A DNA stretch of 64,000 bases, from the NCBI RefSeq assembly GCF_964204645.1, contig NC_134033.1, positions 2,438,131 to 2,502,130 on the forward strand, in the 5' to 3' direction. This DNA comes from Tubulanus polymorphus (taxonomy: Eukaryota > Animalia > Nemertea). The notes below the pieces were generated by a model. It saw only the letters and a program-made list of their open reading frames with translations, was not told where the DNA came from and did not search any database. The position numbers and the translations under genes are program-made. Positions 49,455 to 62,065 of the stretch are shown here, in pieces (the stretch's first letter is position 1; each line of letters opens with the position of its first letter).

Positions 49455-51286
49455 TCACGCTGATTTTAGTCCGATTGAGGAGATTATCTGTTGCGCTGTC
49501 TGGTTTCCGGAATGCATGGCTCCGTGAAGATAACCATAATATCCGACCGAGTACGCTTCACCCGCGAAATACAACGTATGATTTAAAGGAGCGCCCATCA
49601 GAGCGTGCGTATCAGCGGACATCCACGGGGGCCAGTTAGAGAAGGAGCCGTAATAGAGAGGGTTAGTATGCCAGTCGGGTACCAGGATCTCAACGGGTTC
49701 GGGCACCTGCGCTCCGTACATGCTTCTCAATACGGCGGTTAACTCAGCTTCAACAGTCGCTACGGGCAGACGGGATACTCGATCGGCCTCGTCGTCGAAT
49801 ACAGATACGAGAAGTATATTCGTACCAGCCGGATGGAGACCTACGGCTTCCAGATTCTGCCACATCGCGTAGTAACCTCTGGTCGGATGTGCGTACAGAA
49901 TATATTCTTCATCGTCCCAGAATCGTTGCGCGGAGGCGTTAAATCGCATGAATATTTTCGTGTAGGTTCCCATCGTGAAACTGTTAAATGCCAATTGCCT
50001 TTTTTCGGGAAATCTGGGTACGAATTTGACGGCGTCGCTTTGCAGGACTCCGATACTGAACGTACAGATCGCGTAGTCACCGCTGAAGGTCTTTCCGGAC
50101 TTAGTCTTGACCTTGACACCTTGACCGTCATAACTAACCCGCGTTATCGTTTCGTTGAGATAGAGTCGTCTGGTGGCGCCGTCTGTTAGGAATTCGTCTG
50201 CTAATTGCTCCAGTATATAACCGAACCCTCTCTGATCGGTGATGAAGAAATCTTCTTGTTTGTAATTCTCCTGCAAAGCCGGTTGATAAAGAACGGTCAT
50301 TTCGTCGGCCGGGACAGCAAACTCGAAATCAATGTCAAACATTTCGACGACGTCCTCCACGGGCGTCCTGCGCATCGGCCAGCCGCCGTACCGCAAAGCC
50401 CCCCTCAATGGAACGTCGGCCATCTTGTTTTTCTGACGAAACTCGCGAATCCGATCGACAACCCGATTTGCCCTGGCGAACTTCCGGAACGCCGCGTCCG
50501 AAACACTTGTGACGTCATTTCCGTTGACGTCACGCGTGACGTAACTGTCGTAATTCGAAACGACGCCGGCCATTTTGTATTTTTTGGCCAAATCCCACAG
50601 CGGGTTGCCGTCAGTACCCTGCACCCAATTCGCTCCCAGTTCGACTATCTTACCACCGAACTCGGAGGCTTTCACTCTGCCCCCGATTCGGTTCTCGGCG
50701 TCAATGATAACGAAGTCTTTGACTCCGTGATCGTGTAGATATTTAGCGGCTGAAATACCGGCGGCTCCTGCTCCTAGGATCAATACTTGAGCGCGATGCG
50801 GCACCTCCTCGTTTGTCTTTGCACCTGAAATTGAGAACGGATAGTCGATTTTACAATAGGAAGTCTGGAAGAATACATTTTAGTTAGTGTCCTCTCAAGG
50901 AAAGAGGTCTAACAGTCGTGTACTGTTACGGGTAACGAAGTCATATTGATGATCAAACACGGACAATGACAGACCCTGCAAGTTCGTGAATTTTCTGTTT
51001 TTCCGTACGTTGTTAGTGTATGGCAAGTATCAAATAGACTAAGTGTTCACGTGAAGAGCTCTTATGCCAATAAGATAAAAACCCACTATCTACAAATTAG
51101 TTTTGTATTTTATCCTTTAAATTCTTTTGAATTTTTTTTTTTTTTATTATTTTTTATTCTTTTTTAATATGCATTTTTGCATTTTTGTTTGTTGTGGAAC
51201 GTACCTAGTGCGACAGGAAACCCGAACAACACGATAAGCAGCGGCAGTGACATCAACAGCGGCGGCGATGGAAATGTTAGTTTCAT
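49455..51286 (-). CDS. Secreted FAD-dependent polyamine oxidase (plant/fungal PAO-like), 2 exons, ~483 aa
   Basis: Exon 1 51286-51205 encodes signal peptide MKLTFPSPPLLMSLPLLIVLFGFPVALG; a phase-1 intron leads to exon 2 50824-49455. Motifs: GAGAAG, RIGGR, ELGANW, DQRGF, FSIGVLQS, YTKIF, RGYY, GSFSNWP, FAGEA and GYLHGA. Confidence 0.9.
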
Positions 51287-52479
51287 GTCGTCTGGTCTCC
51301 AGCGTGGTATCCTGTCTGCATGTGAAATATAGTCAGGTGAGCCGCCGCTGCAGCCACTGTTATACAGACAGAGAGCTTAACAAATACACGGCGTGACCAC
51401 TCGAAACGAAAGCTGTGTTTTCTTTGTCATTCAGGATCAGCCAAAACTTCCACTTTAAACGAAAGCTGCAATATTTTTCACCACCAGTAGAAAGTTGTAT
51501 ACTCACGTGCTGGACGACCAGCCAATAGCATATGAATGCTATAGAGAGAGGGAAGGAGGGAGAGGGAGAGGGAGAGGGAGAAGGAGAGAGAGAGGCTATG
51601 ATAGAAAACTGGATCCTCCAAATCGAAGCGATTCTAAACATCGAATCTAGACGAGGTGAAAGCTGAGTACTATCTCTCGGTAACGATACGACGTGAATAT
51701 CTATTCTTTACGTAAGTCCCAGTCTCAAGCTCACGTCCCACAGGTCGGCCCGGAGCTAAAGGCTCGCTGATCGGCCCGGAGCTTACAACCTGCAGTTCAA
51801 CCCGGGGCTAACGACTCGCAGCTCGGCCCGGAGCTCACGATTCGTAGGTTGGGCCGGAGCCGCCCTTATCGGTTGTAACTCAATGACCGACGGTCTCAAG
51901 GCTTTTTCGGTGTATCTGACTGGTCTGACTATTCTGGTTACTTGATATTGGCAGCGGATATGAATAGAGGCGTGAGCGCAATTTTCTCAGAACTTTATTA
52001 CTTTTCAAAAGGCACTAATCCTTGGTAACTTCTAAGAAAACGTCTCATTTCCCAATATGTACTTTTGATATTCGACGGATAGATATTAGTCAAACCTTGC
52101 TTCATCAATCTTTATAGAATGTCGAACGAATGAATGTTTAGTTGTTGCGCATTAGTTTTGTGCTTTGTTTCGTGCTGGTTGACATTAATTCCAAGTCATT
52201 AATGCGACGGTGGAATGATGTCATCGTAAATCATTGAACGCGCGCGCGCGCGGTGGCAATGTTACCAGTTATAACCAACATCCGCAAGTTACATCGGTCG
52301 GCAGTACCCTTCCCTAAAGGCCGTCGTCGAATTATTTGATTAGGAAGTTATCATTGAAAAATCTAGATTTTGGTTATTTTTTCAAATGAATTGTAAAATA
52401 CCGAGTAGCTAGTATCAGCGCACCTGGTGGACTCTCGCTACTTAATGGTCTCTCATCCATTTGCGCAAGTTGAAGTCCA

Positions 52480-52740
52480 AATGTACACAAGCGACACCTG
52501 GTGGATCCTTGCTTATTAAAAGTGCACTTGTCGCAGTTATAGTCGATGACCTGATGCACACTAGCGACACCTAGTGGATCCTCACTTGCCGCAAGTTAAA
52601 TCCTCTATTGCTGCAGTAGTTGATGTCTTACTGCACACTAGCGACACCTGATGGATCCTCGCTTGCCATGAGTGGAATCCTCCATTGATGCTGTGGTTGG
52701 TGTCGTAGTGCACACTTGAGTATCGCCTGGTGGATCATAA
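52480..52740. repeat. Degenerate ~75-80 bp tandem repeat
   Basis: CACACTAGCGACACCTGGTGGATCCT recurs about four times. Confidence 0.7.
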
Positions 52741-53711
52741 TCATAAACAAAACTTTCAATTATTTAAGTCTTGCATGGCTTTTGTGCTCAGCTACAAGTC
52801 AATGGTGATTAAATCCACGTGAATATGTCCTATTTTCGTTTCTCAGAGGCGCAATCGTTTATGTTAGTTTCATATTCATAAATGTTACAAAAATACCTAG
52901 GTTTTCGTGGTCTAATCGGCCTATCACGAGCTCATCAATCGAAAGCAATTTAGCTTTGATTGTATAAAAAGATATGGCAGGCAGCGCCGACTTAGTTTCG
53001 ACAGAATGAAATCGTCTCGCAGATGCAACGGTCGCGTGTGGAAATATGATGCACGCGAGTAGACATTGCAGACACCGCAGAGGTCGCAGTCACCGCAGAT
53101 ACAGCAGACACTGCAGACACCGCAGAGATCGCAGTCACCGCAGATACCGCAGATACCGCGGAGTAACGACTCCACATTCCGATCAAACGCACGGCGATAT
53201 CACAGGAATACAACCGCGACATCACAGGAATTCAAACGGGAATTATCTGTATTTTTGTGTATTTTGCGGAAGAACTCAGTGTCCGGACAGTGCATCGAAA
53301 GCCGTTGTCCCATCGTGAAGTAAAATGAACATTTGAATAGGTTTAGATGACAGAAGTCCGGCAATAGAATCATATAAGATAGAATTCATTAAGACGAAAC
53401 CACGACTAAAAGGCATCAACAGCCGAAACGTCGTGGGTTCATTTCTATAATTTCCATCGCATGAAATTCTGTTGTGGAATATTTTCATCTCATTCGTCAC
53501 GGACTAGAGAGTTTTATTCGACTAACCGAGTAAATCGTGGAAAACCAAGATGTGGACGACGCCGCGAGCAAGTTAAACAAAATAGAAGAAAACATAATTC
53601 AGAGTTCGGCGTATTCTGAACAGCATACGATACGCGTTACCCTTAGACCCGGTAACACTATGTTCGGGGGCTCGCGAAATCGCGTGTAAAAACTTCTTCG
53701 TTACGCGCGCG

Positions 53712-56700
53712 ATGGAAAACTGGACTTTTAACGACCACGAGTTCGTCAAACAACAGCGCAACTCCGCGACATTCGTAGCAATCTATTGCACGTTCATTTT
53801 ACTGGTGCTGATCGGCAACAGCGCGGTCGTCGTGCTCGTCGTCGTCGAGCGTAAATTACACAGACCAACTAACTATTATGTAACGTCGCTATGCGTATCA
53901 GGTAAGGCTACGTTGTGTTCGATAATTGAAGTAGAGATTTTGAAAGTGGAAATTTTTAGAAGTAGAAATTGTGAAGTAGTGTCGCAATTAGGATTCTATA
54001 TCAGATGTCAGATTGTAATGTGCACAGTGAGCACGGCGTTTCTCTATACGACTTTGCGCTGAAAACTTGCAGCACGCGAATAAAGCATTCATCGATTCGC
54101 TGAATCGCTACCAGGGGACCGTACGGTGCTGCCACCGCAACGGTTGGACAACGACCGACGATGGTGTCGCTTCTTTAAATCTAGATTCTCCGTTAACTCG
54201 CAAGATCGTATTAGTTCACTGAATTCCCGCTATTTATTCTGTGAGACTCGAACCCGGTTCAATAGATTGCTAACGTAACGTCTCCCCATTAGACCACTGA
54301 GCTCGACTAGTGACCTAACGGTGCTGCCACCACGTTTTAGTGATGTTTCTATGAACTATAAAAATTCCCCGTGAAGTGAAAAGTGGGAGATTTTTAATTG
54401 GACGTTCATACATTGGCCACAAATTTATTTCTTGAATTGTTGCTTACTCAGGTCTGAAGATTGGGGTACAAAATTCTGGTGTGGTGTAAATGTTTTGGGT
54501 CAGGAAATATTGAGTAACGCGCAATGAATAGATGGCCCCGATTTCGTTTTGCAAGCGTTTATCGCCGTAAGAGTAACATTTAAGCTAGTTTGAAAAATTC
54601 TTGTGAATTCTAACTGGCAGTTCAAAATTGCGCCATTATGAAACGAAGTCGGTAATTTTCATCTGTCAATTGCTTCTACAATTTCTTATTGACGTTTATT
54701 GAAATTTTTCGACGAAGGCCATTACGTTAATGGAGGCTCTCGAACTAATGGTTATTAATCGGACGCGCGCAGAAGTCGTTTTTATTTTCTTTATCGATTA
54801 ATTAATCATCGCGCGGCGTCTAGAAATGTTTATCACCGGAATGCGATGCTAGATAAATACACATCCACAACACGCCTTTAGATATAGACTGGTTACCGGT
54901 CTCTATCTTCAATTAGAATATTGAATGGGACAGGTAACCAGTCTACTATTGATACTACGATGGGATCACGAATACGAATACGAATACGAATACGAATATT
55001 TATTACACTCCAACCATTTCCATGGTATATGGAGGAAAAGAAACAGTATTTACAATTATTTACAAAAACAGTAGATAAAAGCACTTTGAAACATAACAAA
55101 CGTTATTTACAACATACTATTTACACACACTACCGGAGGGATCTATATACATCCAGACCTAATTTGATAAATTTAGCAAGTTTAAAAGTTGGATTTTTTA
55201 AAACATCAAGATTCCGAAAGGTATTTGAATTTAGGTAGCTTTCACGGAATACGGTAAGTAATTTACAGTCAAAAATGAAATGTAGTTCGTCGCCTAAAAC
55301 GTTACAGGTGGGGCATAATCTATCGGTTCTCAGTAGATGGAGATTTGACAATTTATTTACAGGTAGGAGATAAGACCCAATCCTGAACTGGAATAAGCTG
55401 GTCACTAAGTCGTCATCAAGCCGATTTATATCACGGCACTCACCAAATGGCGCCATCTGGTGAGTACCGTGATAATGACACTGGGTTATTCGTATAGTGA
55501 AAATCAGTTCAATTTCGATGAGATTTGAACTCGATTTTTTGGCTGCCGTATCCGAAAATTGTCACAATCATCGGATAGATATGAGTTCGGCTTTCACGCC
55601 CGGTGTTTGAGGGAGGGGGGAGGAGGGAGGGAAAGAGGGAGGGAGGGGATGGAGGGGGTGGAGGGAGAGAATGAGGGAGCTATTAAGAAATGGGCAAGCA
55701 GTTACAAAGGGCTAGTTTCCACGCAGAGACCGCCAAACCGATATAGGGGTCTGGACAATTTAAAGCATTGTATTTTTCTCACTTTTGGCTCCGTCTATCC
55801 GTCTATATGTACATATAGTTTGTCGAATATGATTGAATGCTATAGGCCTCCTTAAACTGTTTATCTCGGACAGAATAAAGCGAAGGATATGTTATCATAT
55901 CTTATCCTAGATGAACTGACATATTGCGGTAATAGTGATTATGTCCCAGACCTTCCCTCCAGATCATCTTCACCCGTCAAGGGATTCGAACCCACTACGC
56001 TAAAGCTGTTCCCCGAACCCCTGACCTCACGAGTCGTTGGAGTCGTTACTAGCCGACCAGAATCCGGTCGTACCAATCACAGCGCTTGTAACAAACCGTC
56101 AGTAGACTTCTGTTGGTTTTCCCGTAAAATTGACCAATCAGCGAACGTTTTACCGAACAAGGAAGTATTTCGCAAATCGATATATGACGTCACGCGCAAC
56201 AGCGCCAGTAATGAAATCACGCTTCGTGAGGCCAGGGGGCTGGTGGAAGCGAGTTCTGGAGTGATACCGGACCCCTGGCAAGCGAGGATGCTCCAGATCA
56301 GCTCAATTTGTACTCAACGCGATAACCGCTTCGTGATCATTTTCTAAATTTTCAGATATTCTGGTGGCTGTATTCGTTTTACCGATGGAAATCATGTCGC
56401 ACTACGACGAGACGTTCATGACGTCACAGTTATGTAAATCGCTCGAGTTTTTCGCGCACGCGTCGCTGGCCGCGAACATCTACGGCGTAGTGACGATAGC
56501 AGCCGATCGATACCGCAGCATACTACACCCGTTCTCTAAACTCAGCTCGACGAAATACTGCCTGCTGTTCATATTCATCGTCTGGTCGTTGGCGTTAGCG
56601 AACGCGTGGAGAGGGGCCGTGCTGTACGACGTTACGCTGCACGTTAACGACGCCGGCGGTTGGGCGCTTCAAAAAGCGTGCGCTATACGAGGCAATTTCG

Positions 56701-57416
56701 TCGATTGGGTTCGAGTCCTGGTCGTGTACGATTTTCTATCGACGTACGTAATTCCGCTGCTGATCATATTGATTTTGTACGCGCGAATATTCCAGAAAAT
56801 TTACGATAGAAACGCGAATTTTTTAACGGATCGGAAGCGGGCCCGGAACGCCCGCGTCGTCCGGATGCTCGTCGCCATCGTTGTCATGTTCGTCTTTTGC
56901 CAACTACCTCTCCACGCGTGGAAGCTTTACGTCTTCGCGGGACCGGGCCCGTTCTCGTACTATCTCGTTTGGCACGATATTTGCGACGTTGTTTCGTTCA
57001 CGAACAGTTGGCTGAACGTAATCGCGTACGTGGGCTTCAATGAGAATTTCCAAAACGCGTTTCGGGAGAGACTAAAGCGCGCGTCGCGGAATCGTCGAAC
57101 GAGCCAATCACAAGACGTGGTTCAAATCAACGCGCCACGAAATCGATCGAGCCAATCAAAAGACGCGCTTCAAAACAACGCGCAACAAAAGCGATCGAGC
57201 CAATCACAAAACGCGGTTCAAATCAACGCGCCACGAAATCGATCGAGCCAATCACACGACGCGTTACAAATCAACAGGCTACAAAATCGATCGAGCCAAT
57301 CACAAGACGCGTTTCAAAACAACGCGCTACAAAATCGAACGAGCCAATCGCAAGTTGTGGTTGAAATCAATGCTCTCCGTCCCCCGTCAAATCATTATAA
57401 CAAATTCCTTTCCTAA
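53712..57416 (+). CDS. Two-exon neuropeptide-receptor-like rhodopsin GPCR (~416 aa) with a repetitive C-tail
   Basis: Exon 53712-53901 (LIGN, LHRPTNYYVTSLCVS; donor G|GTAAGG) joins in phase 1 to 56356-57416 (DILVAVFVLP, AADRY, FVFCQLP, NSWLNVIAY). An additional upstream exon is not excluded. Confidence 0.9.
54968..55425 (-). mobile_element. Short 3' fragment of a non-LTR retrotransposon (intronic)
   Basis: FRIGSYLLPV...DRLCPTCNVLGDELHFIFDC, the same ORF2 C-terminal motif as 40316-41209; AATAAA followed by an (ATTCGT)n tail. Confidence 0.85.
55972..56289 (-). mobile_element. Dispersed ~320-bp element, inverted copy of 8287-8607
   Basis: Direct reverse-complement similarity. Confidence 0.8.
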
Positions 57417-58523
57417 CTTGGCAGATGATTCCTAATCTAATTCGGATTTTTTTAGGACTTAGATTTTTGTTCTTTGGCTAAAGGGTACGAATGGGAGAGG
57501 TTAAACGTTTTTGCGATATCTTCAGGATGGGTTTATGTTGAATAAATCCACCTGTGAACGTACACGCCATTGCGATTGCTTTGTAAACAGTAAAAGACCT
57601 CACTCTGGATGAACTCGAGGCAACGAGTAATTCCACCAAGCTGTCGCGTATTAACCAGTTAAAGCAGTCAACGAAGCAGACGCCGGCACCGTGGCAGTCG
57701 ACGGGTTCTACCCCTGGCAATCGAGGATCTAAGAATGTCTCAGAATTCTTTTTGTCAATGTTTTTTTTAACTTTCGATGAATAAAATGATTTATGAATAA
57801 ATTTGATAATAATACATTGAATCGTCTATAGAGATCCGATCTAGAACATCTTGACAATATCTACACAGCAGGACTCTAAGAATCGGTATCCCAATGTACC
57901 GGATTCTAACCTAGGACACCCCTGTTAATGACCGTTTATTCGGCGTCGCTGATTTTATCTTTTATTTACGATTTACTGCGCTGTGAATCGATTTTTCTTA
58001 TTCTATATATGATATATACTCGACAACAATAAACACGTGACTCTCTAAGCCGAAGAGATCGATGGACGGACCCGCGTCAGCTGCGCGCGCCAGGGCAACA
58101 TCTGCAACAACACTCCGACTGCGTGTACATCGCCTATATCAGTCGAAAGTCTGTCCGCTGCCGTGATTTTGAACACGAATCACAAATGACGTCATTTCGA
58201 TATATACACATCGCCGAGCCACGTCGGAGCGTTATTTCGTCATCGATATACACGTCTATAGGAAACACATCGAACATTGCGTCGAGAACTGCGAAAAAAC
58301 CAATCAACGAATTGAGATATAATTTCTATTTTCTACAGAGAGAAAAAAGTTCGTGATTTATTTGTGAAATATTCTACGGATTTAACTTGTAACAAATCGT
58401 CGAGACATGACGAATACAACGGCTGCGTATAGGCCTACATTAACAGTTTACAGGGTATAGTAATCAGTGTATTTACGTCGGAAGAATTCGAGAAATTTCT
58501 AGTTCGGATTCGATCTTTTCGAA

Positions 58524-60078
58524 ATGGAAAATCTAAGACGAACGATATATAGTTTACTGTGCGTGAATTTGTTACTGATGACCGCTGTTCGATGCGTTTC
58601 GGTTGAGAAGTTGAAAGTCAAGGCGCAAAAAGCCGGTAAGTGTCTATCTAGAACGGGCGGCATCCCTGCTAACACTCCAACCCTGCAATATCTATATGGG
58701 GACCCTGCAATATCTATATGGGGAGGCTGAACGTCCTCTACAATTATATACACGCTGTTCTGTGCTCTCATGTCGCAATATTTACTCGACCGGATTGATG
58801 ATTCTAGATCCTGCTTTACACAAGAATTGAATGTCGAATTCTATTCGAAATAAGCAAACCAGATTATACGGAACTCCAGAAATAAAGCGTCAGAGTATAA
58901 CTGAATAACTAATCACTGGCGCCCCTAAAAAGTTCCATAGAATAAACCAGTTCTTCAATCATTGCAACCCGAGCTTATTTTGCTAAAAAAATCTATCAAA
59001 TAATTTATCTTTACCAAATATCTGAGTCAACTGACAATGATTATTAGTTAAAGAATGACAATGATCATTAGGCGAACTAGATATAATATTTTCTCTTATA
59101 GGGTCAAATGTTTAGAGATCACTTTTTGTTGTTGTTAGGTCCTTGTGTCGGTATGGACTGCCTTCACGGCGTTCTAATGCACGGCGACGCTGAAGACGGG
59201 GAACAACACCAAAACGAACACATCATGGAGAAAATACAGGAGGACAGCAAACCGCGAGAGCAGTTCGGACCGTGCGACGGAACGCACTGCAAACACGCGG
59301 AACATCAACGAGAAGAGAAAGTTGCATTCGGACCGGACCAGGTCGCTGAGCAGGTACGCTCGAAACATGCCAAGTAATGTAACATAGATCATCGATTACG
59401 GTAAAGCTCTTTAATTATTTTTTCGTGTTTTCAAACCAGGGTCCGAAAGACGCCATGGAAGCTATGCACGGCGTGCTCATGCACGGCGATAACCAACAAG
59501 GTCACGGTCACAAGAGCGCGGACGAGTCCGCAGCCAGGAAAAAAATCGATCGCAATCCAGACGGGCCGAAAGACGCCATGGAGAGCCATCACGGGGTTCT
59601 CATGCACGGGGACGACAACCAGGGAGATGAACACGGAAAAGAAGATGAGGATCTTCGTGAAGTCGAACCGGAACTCGTCGATTCGGCGGTGCGGTTACCG
59701 AACGAGGTACCGGTGGCCGGTTTGGGAAAAGCGCCGGCAGACGAAAAGAAAGACTTCGAAAATTGGCAGAAAGCGGTCGGCGACGATAAGCCCGGTGCCG
59801 CCGGCGATAGCGGGGAAGCCCCGGTCAGGAAACGAGACCCGTCGTATTTCAGTTTTAGATATATCGCCGATTCGGTTTACGACGAAATCGAACAGTTGAA
59901 AACGCGCTATTTGAAGCGTAAAGCCCCGGACGAGAAACGCGACGAGGAAGAGACGCGAGCTGAACAATTGAAACGCTTGAGCAGACGACAGGCTGATATC
60001 GACGCCGACGAACCTGCTAGGGTTAACGCACATGACAGAAATAGCCGCGCTACTGGCTCAAACGGTGACGAATTCTAG
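58524..60078 (+). CDS. Three-exon secreted acidic His/Met-repeat protein (~321 aa), function unknown; prohormone-like
   Basis: Exons 58524-58635 (signal peptide MENLRRTIYSLLCVNLLLMTAVRC), 59139-59353 and 59440-60078, with compatible phases (1, 0). Three HGVLMHGD repeats, several dibasic sites, ends GDEF. Confidence 0.82.
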
Positions 60079-60117
60079 ATTGATGTTTTCGACTGCTTTT
60101 GGGAAAATGTTAAAAAA

Positions 60118-60450
60118 GTGGGTTTGATTTGACTATGGATCTAGTTCCACAGCTGTCTGGGTTGAACCTAACTCTGGATCCAGTTCCACAGCTGTGTGGG
60201 TTGAACCGAACTCTGGATCCAGTTCCACAGTTGTGTGGGTTGAACCTAACTCTGGATCCAGTTCCACAGTTGTGTGGGTTGAACCGAACTCTGGATCCAG
60301 TTCCACAGTTGTGTGGGTTCGATTTGACTCTGGATCCAGTTCCACAGTTTTGTCAGTTCTCTTTTGATGACCCAGTTCCAATGTTGTGTGGGTATAATTT
60401 GACTTTGTATCCAGTTCCACACTCGTCTGTTCCACAGTCGTGTGCATTTA
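60118..60450. repeat. 39-bp minisatellite, same family as 12335-12830
   Basis: Tandem GGGTTGAACCTAACTCTGGATCCAGTTCCACAGTTGTGT. Confidence 0.9.
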
Positions 60451-61885
60451 ATTCGAAGCTGGGCGCAGTTTCGCAACTGTAGAAACAACGACTGTAAAAC
60501 TTTTTCCAGATTTCAATGAATTCATCGTGGATTACGAAACGGACACCGTATTCTGATTGTACTTAATTCTATCATGTGGGATACTGCTGAGAAATGGTTC
60601 TTACTGCTGGCTTTTTAAATTTACAAAACTTTTGGCGGAAATTTCGGTTATTACCGACACAAAGGGTGCGTTCACTTTGTCAAGAGTCGCAACACGTGGC
60701 TTGAAGATCGCATTCCTGATTCACTACCAATATTTACCAAATCCCTATTAAACAGCATTTTATACACAGACATTCTTATTTCTACTTTTTTGTCTATGGT
60801 TCTCATCTACCAATATCTTTTTTTTCTATTTTAGAATAGGGATTGACCCTATTGTTTATTCGATTGGTTTAATTCAACTTAGTTTCTTTATTTCGTACCG
60901 AGGAGTACAAAGCTCATTGAGCCGGAAAAACACACGATATTTACGACGCATACAACACGCGAGACGTAAGAAAAATAATATTATTCAGTATTTGTATCAA
61001 TATATATAGAAAATAACACCAAACTGATTGGATTTTGATTGGTAGATTTGTTTTGATTTTTTTTTTTGATTTTGTGTCCATTACAAACCCGTCACACCTG
61101 CCGGGTGCGAAACAGGGAGTTAGATTTTGAAATCGGAAATCGAAGTACGGATATAGTTGTGGAGGGGCGGTTGTGAAAATCAAACCTACAGATGGCGCTC
61201 GATCAAATCCAATACAAACGAACGCTATGGTTTGATGATATATCATTCATTTATTCGGTAGATAATTGAATAAGGGGACGGTCACGCGACAGATTGCGTT
61301 TCAGACGGTTGACCTTCAGAGCCAATTCGAGGTCGCAACCGAATTACTGAATAGGCCTACAACACTTGATGCAAACACGTTTTGATTGATCAATATTTCA
61401 ATTTAATCAGACGATTATTTGAAAAAGAATATTAGCAAATAAAAAAGACATATCTAATAATCGAAATGATAATCAAAAAACTAATTTGGTGGTAGGTTAA
61501 GACTAGGCCCGCGGACTAGCACCACGCGGATTCGTCTGCTTTAAACACCGTGCTCCTGCCACTATAGGGACCACGACCCCAACATTGAAAAAACTATAGC
61601 ACCAAAGAAAAGGACCAGCCTCGTAGTTGAGTTCAACCACAACAACATATATACCATGCACGTTTCAGTATTATAAATACAAACACGAAATATAAAAGAT
61701 TTCAAAAAGTTACTTTTGCTTTTACATATTCAAACATTCTTAGCACAGGGATGAATGAGATGATGCAAGATCCTGAAATTTTAACATTATTTCATTTAAC
61801 ATTATTTTCCACTTATTCACATAAGAAAACTCTTTCATACCAAAAACAGAATTTTTTTCACACACGATCTATCAAAAGGGACATA

Positions 61886-62065
61886 CATTCAACCCCCGAT
61901 ATACTGCGCCCACATCGGTGCAGAACGGTTTTGGCGGTATAGAGAGTATGGCGGTATATCGGGGGTGTTTTACTATGTATTTGTATAGAGATGTACATTG
62001 AGAAAACCTGGCGGTAGGCGCGGGGGTGGCGGTATATGGGAGGGCGGTATATCGGGGGTTCGCTG
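61886..62065. mobile_element. Tc1/mariner (pogo/Tigger-type) MITE
   Basis: TA|CATTCAACCCCCGATATAC ... GTATATCGGGGGTTCGCTG|TA. Confidence 0.7.

Noticed and set aside
49833-50738. Antisense ORFs over the polyamine oxidase and GPCR genes
   Set aside because: These are shadow ORFs of GC-richer coding sequence with no recognisable motifs.
53398-53438. Hammerhead-like GGC..GCCGAAACGTCGTGG
   Set aside because: It lacks the CUGANGA core; at best a degenerate relic.
46885-57416. Functional polyamine-sensing module (PAO flanked by GPCRs)
   Set aside because: Adjacency alone is weak evidence in an animal genome, and nothing in the sequences indicates the receptors' ligands.
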